Shown here one piece after another: positions 27,246 through 38,967 of a stretch of DNA of 64,000 nt. The notes under the pieces are model-generated. The model was not told the DNA's origin. It made no database searches and saw only the letters and a list, made by a program, of their open reading frames with translations. This DNA comes from Rhina ancylostomus (lineage: Eukaryota), in NCBI GenBank assembly GCA_030265395.1, contig JARFYF010000054.1:6823649-6887648 (forward strand), in the 5' to 3' direction. The position numbers and the translations under genes were made by a program. Every line of letters starts with the position of its first letter. Position 1 is the first letter of the stretch.

Positions 27246-27587
27246 TGAGACCAACTTGGTAGTTCACATGGAAGTTCTTGCACTTTCTATATACTACAAA
27301 TTACTTTGAACTTTATTCTTTAATCCTAACTAGCTGTTGTGCTGTAAAGATGACATAGATATGCATTGGTATCTGAAAGTATAGAAGGACAAGTTTAAAT
27401 TCCAATGTTTCATTGGAAAATAAATCTTTTTGCAACACCCTTAAGCCAAATGTTTAAGTACACATTTACAGCTTGCAGCATTTGTTCACTGAAATCTGCT
27501 CACGAGAATGAGCAGCAACTCTAAACTTCTAAAATTACAGAACATCAAAGAATGAATGTTAACACAAACTGAATTTTTGTTTTGTAG

Positions 27588-27638
27588 AAACATTCTTTAA
27601 CCATCCTTTCATGGATCAGGCATCATCAGTAAAAAAAT
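27588..27638 (+). CDS. ULK2: ULK2 exon 11 (51 nt), ETFFNHPFMDQASSVKK
   Basis: tttgtAG / GTaagt; HPF motif at the end of the kinase domain. Confidence 0.94.
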
Positions 27639-29032
27639 GTAAGTCTTATTTCATTTATCAAAATTTGTTAGCAGCTTTCACCGTACTTTTAGGTGGGAAA
27701 ATCACTGTTTTGACCTCTTTGGTCAAAAGGGCAGATAATTCTACCATTTAATGGTACTTGTCATAAATTGTACTTTGCAATAGAGAATGAGACTGTGCCT
27801 CAAACATCTTATTATCTCCCTCCCAAAGGAAATGTCTGGAGCCCCATAGAGATAATTAGTGCCTGCAAGAATAAGACTTGGTCTCTTATGGAGCTGTTGC
27901 ACATACGGACATTCTTTCATTTTGTTTCAATGAAAATTAGCAGCTTGTATTGATTGAACTTTGTATCTCAATCTGAAATGGCTATTGAGTTTATCCCAGA
28001 TAGCATTATCCTTCAACCCTTTTAACTAATTTATATCCAAGTGCATGGATTATATGTTGTAACCTTGTACCTTTCACATTGCTTCTTCATCATTTTTGAT
28101 CAATAGCAATCATTCAAAGGCAGCCCCTTGTCTTGACACTGATCAGGCTGTTCTGAGAGATTCTCTTAGGATGGAGGAAGGGGGTGATTTGTTGGGTGAT
28201 AATAATTGGATATAAATGGAATATACCTCTGGTGACATCAATAGTATACATGTGTATGAGAGATTAGTCAGGAATAATAGGAATAATATTTTGCTAATTT
28301 TTCATTGATGGCTCTTTATTTATTTATTATGGTTTCTGTTGACTCGTATACTTCACTGGTTAATAAGGTTTAACTGAACTTTGTTTTTTTCAGCCAATAA
28401 AATTTAGGGCAATTGATATGGGCACTACATGAATGGGAGTTGGTTAGGTTTTTGAAATCTAAAACCACAATAACTTTAGAGGTTACTGTCCTGCATGGGA
28501 ACTTTGATATCTGTATATAGAGCCTAAAAGAAATTGGATTAGTAGATTGTCGATAACACTGGGAAGTTAATCATTTAAAGTAGAGCTTCTGCTGCTAATA
28601 TTAATTACCATTCTCACTTTACTTAAAGTAGATGACTTGTGCAAGATTATGAAATAAAATTAATAATAGAATTATAGAGACAGAAGGTGGCAAAGAGCTT
28701 ATTTCGTAGTAAAGTTTACTTTCATGAGTAGAGTGGTGGATCTCTGTTGCAGGGAAAAACTGGTTGGTGGTTATTATCATTCAGCAACTCTCAGTTTGGT
28801 TCAACCTTCCCTTTAACTCTTTGTAAATGACTTCAAGAGAAACATAAGCTTTATATTATGGAAATTATGCTTGCTCTGTCAAGGTTGTCACTTTATCTTG
28901 CCCTGCACAAGTTAGGGTGCAGTTGAATAATGAGAGTGCTTTAAATACATTTAATCAGTTAGATATTTGAATATATAACTGTCATGGAATATGGTACTTA
29001 AATCTAATGGATTAGGTTGATTCTATCTACAG

Positions 29033-29121
29033 CATGCCCTGTGCCTGTGCCCACGTGCCCTGGTTCTGTGTCCGGTAGTTCTTGTGGCAGCTCTCCATCT
29101 TGTCATTTTGCCTCTCCTCCT
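29033..29121 (+). CDS. ULK2: ULK2 exon 12 (89 nt), [30 protein letters not shown]
   Basis: ctacAG / GTaagt; start of the Ser/Pro-rich linker. Confidence 0.94.
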
Positions 29122-30077
29122 GTAAGTAGCAATATTTATTGATGCATTATTCCTTCCACATAGTATCTGACTAACATTTTGTCATTGATGCCAAATGATA
29201 AATTAATCTGACCTTGATTCATTAAGTAAATCATTCAAAACAGTGTAAAGATTACTGGCTTTCATGGACAATTATTTCTAATGTAGTGAGGTTGATATTT
29301 AGTTCCTATTAAAAAAAATTCCTTTTAATAGTGGTATTCAAAAAGTGATTAATCTTGAGTTGCAGATGCAAAAATTGAACCAGTCTGCAGGGATATAATA
29401 AGGTCTAGGTTATTTGTGCATAGCTAGCTTGGTACCAGCTTTGTTGCCCATCGAACGAATGTTCTTCTATGCCAATATAATTTATATTCTAGCTAAATTT
29501 GATTTTTATTACAATTAAAGTTAGTTTACAAGGAGTAATTGTGTAGTTTAAACACTACTGGACCTAGCCCGAGAGGGCTATTTTATTAGTGTTTGATTAC
29601 GCCAAACATAAGCAACCTAGTCATACCATGTGTTATACCAAAACAACCTCCTTCCTTTCTTTAATGTGATCTGTTTTTTGAAGCTTGGATACCAGTTGGA
29701 ATGCAGAATTATGACAATGCCACTCTCAGCAATTTAAATTATGATCTGGTTACATAATCTTCATAATCCCCTTAATATATTATTGCCAATTGACTTCATG
29801 TTTTGATGGTCCTCAAGCTTGGAAGGTAACGTGAACTATAATTTCTTATGATAGTTTGTGACAAATATTTTCTGACCCTTGAGCCTGATGAATTTTGTTT
29901 CTGTGCATCTTTTCATGGAGTGGTTTTGCAGAAAATTATACTTCACTGAATGAATAAGTTCACTTTGAGCAGTTTTGTTGAAACTCCAACTTAAGACGTG
30001 GTTCAAAGCGGTCTAAGAACATTGGATCACTTTTAAGCAGCAACCCCTAAAGTTTGACAAGTTAACTTGAAAATGGA

Positions 30078-30256
30078 ACAGAAACAAAAATGCTGAAAAC
30101 ACCCAGCAGACCATGCAATATCGTGGGAAGAGAAACAGAGTTAATGTTTCACATCAGAGACCCTTCCTCTCGTGAAACTGTCTGGCCTGCTTGGTGCCCC
30201 AGCAGTTTCTGTTTTTATTTCAGATTTCCAGCATCTGCATTTTTTAGATTTTCATC
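30078..30256. repeat. Penelope-derived fold-back element
   Basis: aaatgctgaaaacacccagcagacca pairs with tggcctgcttggtgccccagcagttt; tail atttcagatttccagcatctgca. Confidence 0.65.
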
Positions 30257-30857
30257 AGAGTGAAAATGGAGTGATTAACAATGTAATCAACCCTATCTCA
30301 TGGCTGTTGAGTAGCCAGTAAATGACATTGTCATAGCAGCTTTCTGTCATGGGATGTTACAGCTTAGTGGCTGGTTAATCTGTTATTGTTAAAATGTTTC
30401 TATCCAAAATTGATGTATCGTCACAAGTTTTGTTTGACATGGTGCTCAACACTTCAAATCAGAGGCAAATTGAAATCAAATACTACTATCTTCAATAATA
30501 CTAGTTTTCAAATATACTTGAGAATTTTGGGGTCTTGATCTATTTTTGCTACCTTTTTAATGTGCTTCTAATCACCCTAATTTCTGGTAATGCATCTGTG
30601 AACAGAGGAAATATAACGTATTGCAAAGAAAATAGATCATTCCAATTTTTGCCTCATGTTTTGTACAGTGAAATAAATGTACCATTGAAATCAACAAAGG
30701 ATAATTTCCAAAAGATAAGGTCAACCTTTTTTATAATCAAAAAGAAACCTTGCAGAATAGCTAAAATTTGTAATGTTGTTAGTGGAGTTTTAAGATTATA
30801 AGATTAAAGTCAAAAACTGTATTTTGATATTGTTAATATCTTTTTTGTTTCCCTCAG

Positions 30858-31029
30858 TCATTGCCAGACATGCAACGGATACAGGAGGATACTTTGTCTT
30901 CCCCACCTCTGGGTCCTCCTAACTATTTGCAGGTTTCCAAAGACTCTGCAAGCAGTGGCAGTAAGAACTCTTCATGTGACACAGATGACTTTGTTCTTGT
31001 TCCACATAGCATCTCTTCTGATCAGTCAT
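30858..31029 (+). CDS. ULK2: ULK2 exon 13 (172 nt), contains LIR motif DDFVLV
   Basis: ccctcAG / GTaagc; [30 protein letters not shown]...[11 protein letters not shown]. Confidence 0.96.
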
Positions 31030-33016
31030 GTAAGCAACTGCTTATTTTGTTGGTTTTGTTTCATTCATTTCAAATCTTCACAATTATCATCATAATTTTT
31101 AAAGAGGGAAACCTGAAAATTTCTGAACAGGTCAAAAGCATTTCTTGTCTGTTCATTGGCTGTTGGAATCTACTTACTGACTTATGAAAAACATCATTGT
31201 CTTCCCCAGCTCCTTATATAAATTTCTTTTGTATTCAAGGTTAAAATGCATTACTGCATTGAACTTAAAATGCTTTATTCTAATGACTAAGAATGCCCAA
31301 GAGAGAAATATTGCAGCCTCTAACAATCAAATAAATTGCCTGCAAACACTACAAAATTTTACATAGATAAAATTGTATTGAATAAAATCATATTTGCATT
31401 AACCCTTTTATCGCCCCTTCCAAATTTGCCATGAGTCTTATTCAAGGCTTCTAATTTACAATGACTGAATAAGTTAAATCTCTTAAAATTATAAAAGATT
31501 TCAGGGTTCTTATTAACTTTTTAGGAATTGGATTTGAGGATACTATTCGTTCATATGTAATAGATGTACTTGGTTTAAGATAACTAATCCAAATTCTGAT
31601 TTGTGTTGTGCAGGCTTGGAGATGTTTAATGGCAATTTCATTCCATTCATTTTTAAATGAAAGCTGGGTCTTAGTGTATTTGATCATGGTGGTATAGCAG
31701 TAAACACTTAGCTTTCAAATGCTCCATGACGAAGAAAAACGTTTATACTGAATGACAAATGGATGTTTACATTGTCATGATGATTTATCCAGATTAGCTT
31801 GTTCAGACGTAATTGTGCTATTTTGTACTATTGTGTGCGCTGGCTGAAGTGCTGTTATACTGTAGGTTTCTATGGAACTAGGTTCCAATCTCTGTTTTTG
31901 AACAAATCACAAGCCAGTTTCAGAAGCTCCAAAATTGATACTTCTACTGCATGAATTACACCTAGTACACATTAATTATTTTTATATTGGATTTAGTGTA
32001 CTTTTATCTTTTTTTTAAAATGTTTCAAATTAATAAGTCCAAGTAATTTGCAAGAGTTTCTTGCTTTTGCAAGCCCTGCAATTTGGAATCCACTGGTAAT
32101 AACATCTGCTTTTTGTTAACTCCATGGTTGTAGGTGTTGTTTTCCTTGCATGAGTGATTTTTTTTTAAATAAGATCACACATTGCAATTTGAAAGCAGCT
32201 ACTGAATTTGTGTAGGAATTGATGTGAGCATTGAGACATGTTGAATATTCACCATGATTGCTTAAGGGATTCCAGTATTTCACAACTACTAGTTTTATTA
32301 AGATGCAGTTGTTGCACTGTAGGTGTTCTCATGGTTCACAGATATGTTCCCACTGACAGCAATGATCTGTTATGTTAATGCAGTCAGTGAGATGAAATAA
32401 CCTGGTTAGTGGGAGAACTCCATGCTCTTCATATAGATTCATAGGATGTGTTGTATTCATTTGGAGGGCAGATGGGTATTTGGTTTAATTATTGAAAGAT
32501 GGCATCTCCAGCAATACACTTCTTTCCTGGTACTGCACAACACAACCAGTGTCATGTTGGCCTTTAACCACAAAAAGAGATAAGAGGCCAACTATTGACC
32601 CAGAGTTGATGCTCAAAGGGTAAACTGGTGCTAAAGTAAAAATTGCAGTGAGTTGAATTGATCTAAATTTAATCCTTTTGACTTGGTCTGAAGTGGACCA
32701 ATTGAAGAGCTATCCTGTGTTTGAAATTTGATTTTTCTTGTTCCTTATTAATTAGAAGCACATAATATGTTGCAAAACTTTCTTCCATAGCAACCATTGC
32801 TTGCGTATAATAAATACAGGATCCGAAAATATATTTAGTTTATTTAAAGAATTCATAATTCTTTTCAAAATCCAACTTCCTTTAAGACTATGGCACTCAT
32901 TTGAAGCAAAATAGGTAAATACTTGGGTTATCTTAACTGCTTTGTCTTTGTTGAAAAGGATTTTGGTGTTTCCAACAATGTTTATGCTTCTAAGTCTGTT
33001 TTGAAACTTTATGCAG

Positions 33017-33077
33017 ATGATATGCCATTGGGAACGGTTGGCAGACGAGCTTCCAGTGAATTTTTGATGTGTGGAGG
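33017..33077 (+). CDS. ULK2: ULK2 exon 14 (61 nt), YDMPLGTVGRRASSEFLMCGG
   Basis: atgcAG / GTatgt. Confidence 0.93.
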
Positions 33078-34129
33078 GTATGTATAGCTTTTTAAATTAT
33101 ATGCTTTATTATTCTTGTATATGAAAGAGGAATGACTTGGAGAACCATGAAGTAAAACAGGCTTCACATAGAGGTATTCTGTTTGTTTCAGAATGCAGCT
33201 TAATGTCAGTTGAAGTAAATTAAGTTGGTGTCACTTGAGTAGTGATTTATTATTTTGGGATTGGCAGCAACCACGATCAAAATTAATAATGGCTATGGGC
33301 TGGAATTGTCCATCCTTCACTCTTCCTCCAAACCAATGTGAACTATTAGAGAGAAATGATAGTATGTTCCCCCAAGGAATTGATAGAAGAAAAACAAGTG
33401 TAGGAAGTGTTCCTAACAATAATATTAAACCAGCCTTTGTTGTTTTGAATGAGCTTTCCCTTTCTGCTGTTATAACAAAAGTGTTAGCCTAATTAAAATT
33501 CATGGTTTTCAACAAAAGTATGCAGTGGAAAGCATTGCCCAGAAATAATTCCAGTACTTCTGGGGTTTTCTGCTCCTTTACTGAATCAGCTGTGTGGTTG
33601 GGGGGGAAGGAGAGTATAATGCTTATCTTGGATTTTGTTTGTTAATATTCAGTGTCAAACCTCCAAATGACTCTGTATCTGAACTAAAGTTGTCTATTTA
33701 AGACTATTTGAATGTTATTCCACAGAATGTTTGCTTTAAAGATATTTTAGCTTTATTGAATGTTTTGAGAGACAAGTATTATTAAATAAAATGGGAACAT
33801 CACATGGAACGGTCACGGTCCTACCTTCAGCCTCATTTGTGTGTGGACCCCTGACCTCTGGGTGAGGTACATTTACTCACTCTCAATAACACAACCTTAG
33901 ATGGGAAATGAAAGTAATTTACCTTGCTTTAGTAAAATACATCTTGCGTTACATTCTATTGTGTTTACATTTGTGAACTATGCTGAAGATGTCTAGATGT
34001 ATTCATTAACAATGTTGCTTTACTTGAGTAACTGTATGAAAATTACTGTTTTGCAAACTCTTGAAAATAGTAGAATGCAGCATTAGGTAACAGTTTGATC
34101 AACTTGCATTTATAAAGTAAATCAGCAAA

Positions 34130-34645
34130 AGCATCCTCAGGTTCTTAAGGGCATTGTAAAATTAAAAAATGATCCAATGCAAGGTATTGGGGCAGATGAC
34201 CAAGTGCTTGGTAGGAAAAGTAGATTTTATATTTAAAGCAAAAAAAAACAGGGAGATGGGCTTGGGTGGGACTTCCAGAGCTTAGACCCTTAGCAGCTGA
34301 AGGCATGACATCTAACAATGGAACAATTTAAATTTGGGTCTGCTCAAGATGCTGGAATTGGAGGGCCACAGGTATTTCAGAGGGTTACTTGGCTGAAGGT
34401 GATACAGGAGTGAGAATGGGTGGCTTTTAAATTGTTATTTACAGGCAGAAAAAAATATGGAGAGTAGAATGAGAGGCCAGGCAGGGGTGCATTGCAATAA
34501 ATGAGGCTTGGAGGTAACAAAGGCATGGAAGAGGGTCTCAGCAGCAGATGAGGTAGTGTCACCTGAATAAGGAAGTGCTTTGGAGGCAGAAATAAACAGC
34601 CCAGGAGATGACATTGATTTAGGGTCATGAATAACATCCAGATTG
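34130..34645 (-). mobile_element. decayed L2-type LINE 3' region
   Basis: ttccagagcttagacccttagcagctgaaggca and gcattgcaataaatgaggcttggaggtaacaaaggcatgga motifs. Confidence 0.6.
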
Positions 34646-35708
34646 AACATCTTCTGACACTTGCTGTCCAGTAGTTGTCTCCATCTGAACCCTCCCACCA
34701 CTCTCCTGACTTCCATCTTCCTCTTTATTTTTGTCTACCTCCATCTATCATGTCTCCCAACTCCACCACTCCCCTTTCTCTTCCCAGCTCAATCTGCCCG
34801 TCATCCTTTGACAACCTCTTCCTCCCTCAGTGCATCAATTATCTCTGGCCTCTACCTCACCATCCCCCTCTCATGTTTAAACTGGCTATACTCTCCATTC
34901 TGTCCCGATTTTTTTTTTTTCCCCCCACCACTCACCACACCCAAAGCCCTGCCCCCATGGATGCTGCTCACCTGCTGAGTACCTCCAGTAGATTGTTTGT
35001 TGTTCCAGTGAAATGTTGGTACTCTTTTGGCAACACGGTAAAGGTACAGTGGGGGGGGGGGGGGGCGCGGCTGGCAGCTGCTCTCATGGACTGATGAGTT
35101 TGAAGGGAGCATGAGGGGAAAAAGAGAGAGGAATTGGAGAAACATGCAAATTCGGGACTTGGCCAAGAGGGACTTTAGATGTATAATCTGTTAGATGAGG
35201 AGAAGTGGCAGAGACAACTGTTCAAATAGTCTCTTGGTGGGGATGCTGGGAGAGAACTTAAGGAATCTGTTTGCAGTGGAAAGCATCCAAGATTACCCTT
35301 GAATACCAGGGAGTTTAAAACTTCTGTCTGTATTCTTCCAATAATTTAACTACTACTGACCTGAATAATATACTTATTTTTAGTAAATATTTTTTACTAT
35401 TGAGATTCAAATACTAATCCAATCAATGGGAAATATGAAAAAAATTGTTTCCAAAAATTCAGGCATTTACCAACTTTCAACAAAGCTTATAAAATATAAA
35501 TAAGTTGGTGGCAAAATAAAAATCAATGTTACTTCCACCAGGGTATTGGCAAGAATCCCAAGGAAAAGTTATGGCAGATATCAAAACTTACCCAGCCAAA
35601 GGAGGCAGTTGTTGGTTTGGAAATACTCAAGAAATGATGGCAAATTATCAGATTCAAATCAGAAAAGTAAATATGTACTTTGATTTTCTTTCTTCACAAA
35701 CTTGTTAG

Positions 35709-35718
35709 GCAGTCACCT
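35709..35718 (+). CDS. ULK2: possible start of an additional ULK2 exon (G-Q-S-P...) running into an assembly gap
   Basis: Pyrimidine tract ttttctttcttcacaaacttgttAG followed by G CAG TCA CCT, in the phase exon 14 requires; the rest is N. Confidence 0.45.
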
Positions 35719-36429
35719 NNNNNNNNNNNNNNNNNNNNNNNNNNNNNNNNNNNNNNNNNNNNNNNNNNNNNNNNNNNNNNNNNNNNNNNNNNNNNNNNNN
35801 NNNNNNNNNNNNNNNNNNNNNNNNNNNNNNNNNNNNNNNNNNNNNNNNNNNNNNNNNNNNNNNNNNNNNNNNNNNNNNNNNNNNNNNNNNNNNNNNNNNN
35901 NNNNNNNNNNNNNNNNNNNNNNNNNNNNNNNNNNNNNNNNNNNNNNNNNNNNNNNNNNNNNNNNNNNNNNNNNNNNNNNNNNNNNNNNNNNNNNNNNNNN
36001 NNNNNNNNNNNNNNNNNNNNNNNNNNNNNNNNNNNNNNNNNNNNNNNNNNNNNNNNNNNNNNNNNNNNNNNNNNNNNNNNNNNNNNNNNNNNNNNNNNNN
36101 NNNNNNNNNNNNNNNNNNNNNNNNNNNNNNNNNNNNNNNNNNNNNNNNNNNNNNNNNNNNNNNNNNNNNNNNNNNNNNNNNNNNNNNNNNNNNNNNNNNN
36201 NNNNNNNNNNNNNNNNNNNNNNNNNNNNNNNNNNNNNNNNNNNNNNNNNNNNNNNNNNNNNNNNNNNNNNNNNNNNNNNNNNNNNNNNNNNNNNNNNNNN
36301 NNNNNNNNNNNNNNNNNNNNNNNNNNNNNNNNNNNNNNNNNNNNNNNNNNNNNNNNNNNNNNNNNNNNNNNNNNNNNNNNNNNNNNNNNNNNNNNNNNNN
36401 NNNNNNNNNNNNNNNNNNNNNNNNNNNNN
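35719..36429. other. 711-N assembly gap
   Basis: Run of N; ORF-track entries spanning it are artefacts. Confidence 0.99.
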
Positions 36430-36756
36430 CCCCTTGTGTGTAATTATCTCCAAGATCCTGAAGTCTTCTGAGACTAGGTTTGAAGAAACAAAATAGAACT
36501 TGTTTTTGCCATTGGTGCATGGGTACTGTTAACTGAGATTTGTGACAGGTTGTGGTTTAAGAATTCCTGTTAACTGTTAGCATTTCAGACCAGCATACTT
36601 TAGATTTTCAACCATTAACCCCAATTTTTGAGAAGAAATTTAACACCTTCTGGGGTAGGAAAGGAACTTGGAAGGTAAGAGCCAATGTCCACACCCTCTG
36701 GAAAGCAACAAAACTCTGATTCTATTAAATGGGACATGAAGAAGTTTTTTAATATA

Positions 36757-36938
36757 CAGGAAGTCCCCGACTTAAGAACGTCCGTACTTACAAACCGACC
36801 TTTGTGGCCAAGTGCGTATGTGCAGCCGGGGAACCCTGGGCCAAGTGCACATGTGCGGACACTGTTCCGAGTTACCTACAAAATCGGGTTACGAACGGTC
36901 TCAAAAACGGATCTTGTTTGTAACCCAGGGACTTCCTG
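36757..36938. mobile_element. 182-bp Tigger/pogo-like MITE with TA target-site duplication
   Basis: TA|caggaagtccccgacttaagaac ... gtttgtaacccagggacttcctg|TA; outer 11 bp perfect, 18/23 overall. Confidence 0.85.
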
Positions 36939-37614
36939 TAATGTCAAAATAACTCGTGTCCTTGTCATATGGCATCACTGTTGATAAAAATCACATGTAT
37001 TGATCATATTTTCAAACTTCTATGTAATACAGTAGGTTAGTTTAGTAAGTGACATTCAATATTTATCAGATCCTTTGCCACAGTTTCATACCATAAACTG
37101 ATCCATTTTCTATATCATTGTCTTGTTTTTGTAACTCTACCTACAGAAGATAACATGTTAAAGTTAATTTTTATAAATAATCATCTTAAATCCACTACGC
37201 TTGTCCTAAGACACAGACGTTTGTTGCAACACTAAAACCTATTGTTTTCTGCTAGCCCATTTTACCTGCTTTGTTGTTAATGTAGGAATATTCCAAAGTA
37301 TCACTTGACTAACATGCTGTTTCATGGCCATGTGTCATCTTGAAGATGGAACTTCCAGCATGCAGTACTGAAGTGTCAGATTAAGCTTTGCAAACAAAAT
37401 CTGGAACAAGGCTCAAATATGCAATTTAAGTCTGGGACTAACATGTTACCATGCAAAAAGATAAGATGTGACTCATTGACTTGCATCTTAATTGAATAGA
37501 CACTTCATTGCAAAATATACTAAGATGTGTAATTTTTCTGGGGAGAGTATACTGATCCTTGATTAGTCTGCAAGGGAATACAGTTGAATGATGTCCCGCC
37601 TCAAACTAAGGTAC

Positions 37615-37925
37615 ACAAGAACACCACAAAATAGGGTCGGGAGTAGGCCATCAGGCTTCATTCAGTATGATCATGGCTGATCGATGCTGCCCTCCTCTTC
37701 TGTGCTAGTTCCCCACAACCCTCATACCAGAGAGTCTCTACCCTCTGAAAAAGTTTCTATGTACCTCAGCTTTAAAAGGCCAGTTCCTTATTTTGTAGCC
37801 ACATCCCCTTATTCATGACTCTTCCATTCATGAAAACATCTCAGTGTTTACCCTCTCAAGCCCCTTTAGGATCTTGTATGTTTAAATAAGATCATTCTTC
37901 TACTTTCCAAGGAGTACAGATCCAA
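37615..37925 (-). mobile_element. CR1 LINE 3' fragment
   Basis: ggagtaggccatc...atgatcatggctgatc 3' UTR motif. Confidence 0.65.
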
Positions 37926-38545
37926 ACTGTCTCGCTATTTTACCAAAGGTAAATTCTCTTTATTCTTGAAAACAAAAGTGAGACTTGGAATTTGCTTGCT
38001 AGCAGGAGTTAAATGGAATAAATGTTATGAAGAGGGATTTAAGTGCCAGTAGAGAATTTTGCATATTATTCTTTTATTGCTGTTAGTCTGCTTCAAGCAT
38101 ATTGGTTTCAGAACAGTTGAATGACTGGCTCAACAGAACTGCATAAATATTACTGAAGAGAGAAACTAATGTGCCGAGGCTTAGTTTATTCTTATGAACA
38201 TTTGTCCATTGAATTAGTTGTACTTTAACATTCATTGATGGCTCAGTAGTTAAAGCACTGTCTGGTGTGTTACTGAGTGCTTTCTTAGATCATATATAAG
38301 ACTTAGACCTTAGACCTAGGCTTGTGCTTAGCTAGTGTTTAGGATATCAAAATAGCACTATACTTCAGCCATCATTGTCTGTGGCTCTTTAAAAGAAAGT
38401 ACTTGCAGGTTTGCCTCGCACAATCTGTACCCTGCCAGGATAACTGAGTTCTACCACTGTCTGTGGACCTTCACACACATAAGTGGTTGGGTGGAATAGC
38501 AGGGAAAAATAATTAGTATTACTGTTGGGTACATGAATCAGTATA

Positions 38546-38930
38546 GATTCAGGTTTATTACTACTTACTGGTATGTCATGAAATTTGTTGTTTTGCGGCA
38601 GCAGTACAGAGCAAAGGCACCAAATTACTATAAATTACAAAGTAAATAGTGCAAAAAAGAGGAATAATGAAGTGATGCTCAGGGACCATTCGGAAATCTG
38701 ATGATGGAGCTGAAGAATCATTGAGTGTGGGTCTTTAGGCTCCTGTACTTGCTCCCCAGTGGTAGCAACGAGAAGAGGGTATGTCCCGGATGGTAAGGGT
38801 CCTTGGTGATGGATGCTGCCTTCTTGAGGCACCGCCTCTTGAAGGTGTCCTTGATGGTGGGGAGGATTGTGCCCGTGATGGAAGCAGTGAGTTTCCACTC
38901 TCTGCAGCCTCTTGCGATCCTGTGCATGCA
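38546..38930 (-). mobile_element. Rex/Babar-like LINE 3' end
   Basis: ASITGTILPTIKDTFKRRCLKKAASITKDPYHPGHTLFSLLPLGSKYRSLKTHT. Confidence 0.85.
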
Positions 38931-38967
38931 GTACATATTGCTGAATATTCATTTAGAAAAATTGAAA

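Noticed and set aside
27708-27728. ttttgacc-tcttt-ggtcaaaa hairpin
   Set aside because: An 8-bp stem is expected by chance in 64 kb; terminator logic does not apply to a vertebrate intron
34661-35166. Overlapping ORFs of 104-139 aa
   Set aside because: Pyrimidine-rich low-complexity sequence ending in the Penelope-type repeat; the open frames reflect composition
35680-36520. ORFs of 246-271 aa in the ORF track
   Set aside because: Almost entirely N (X) residues
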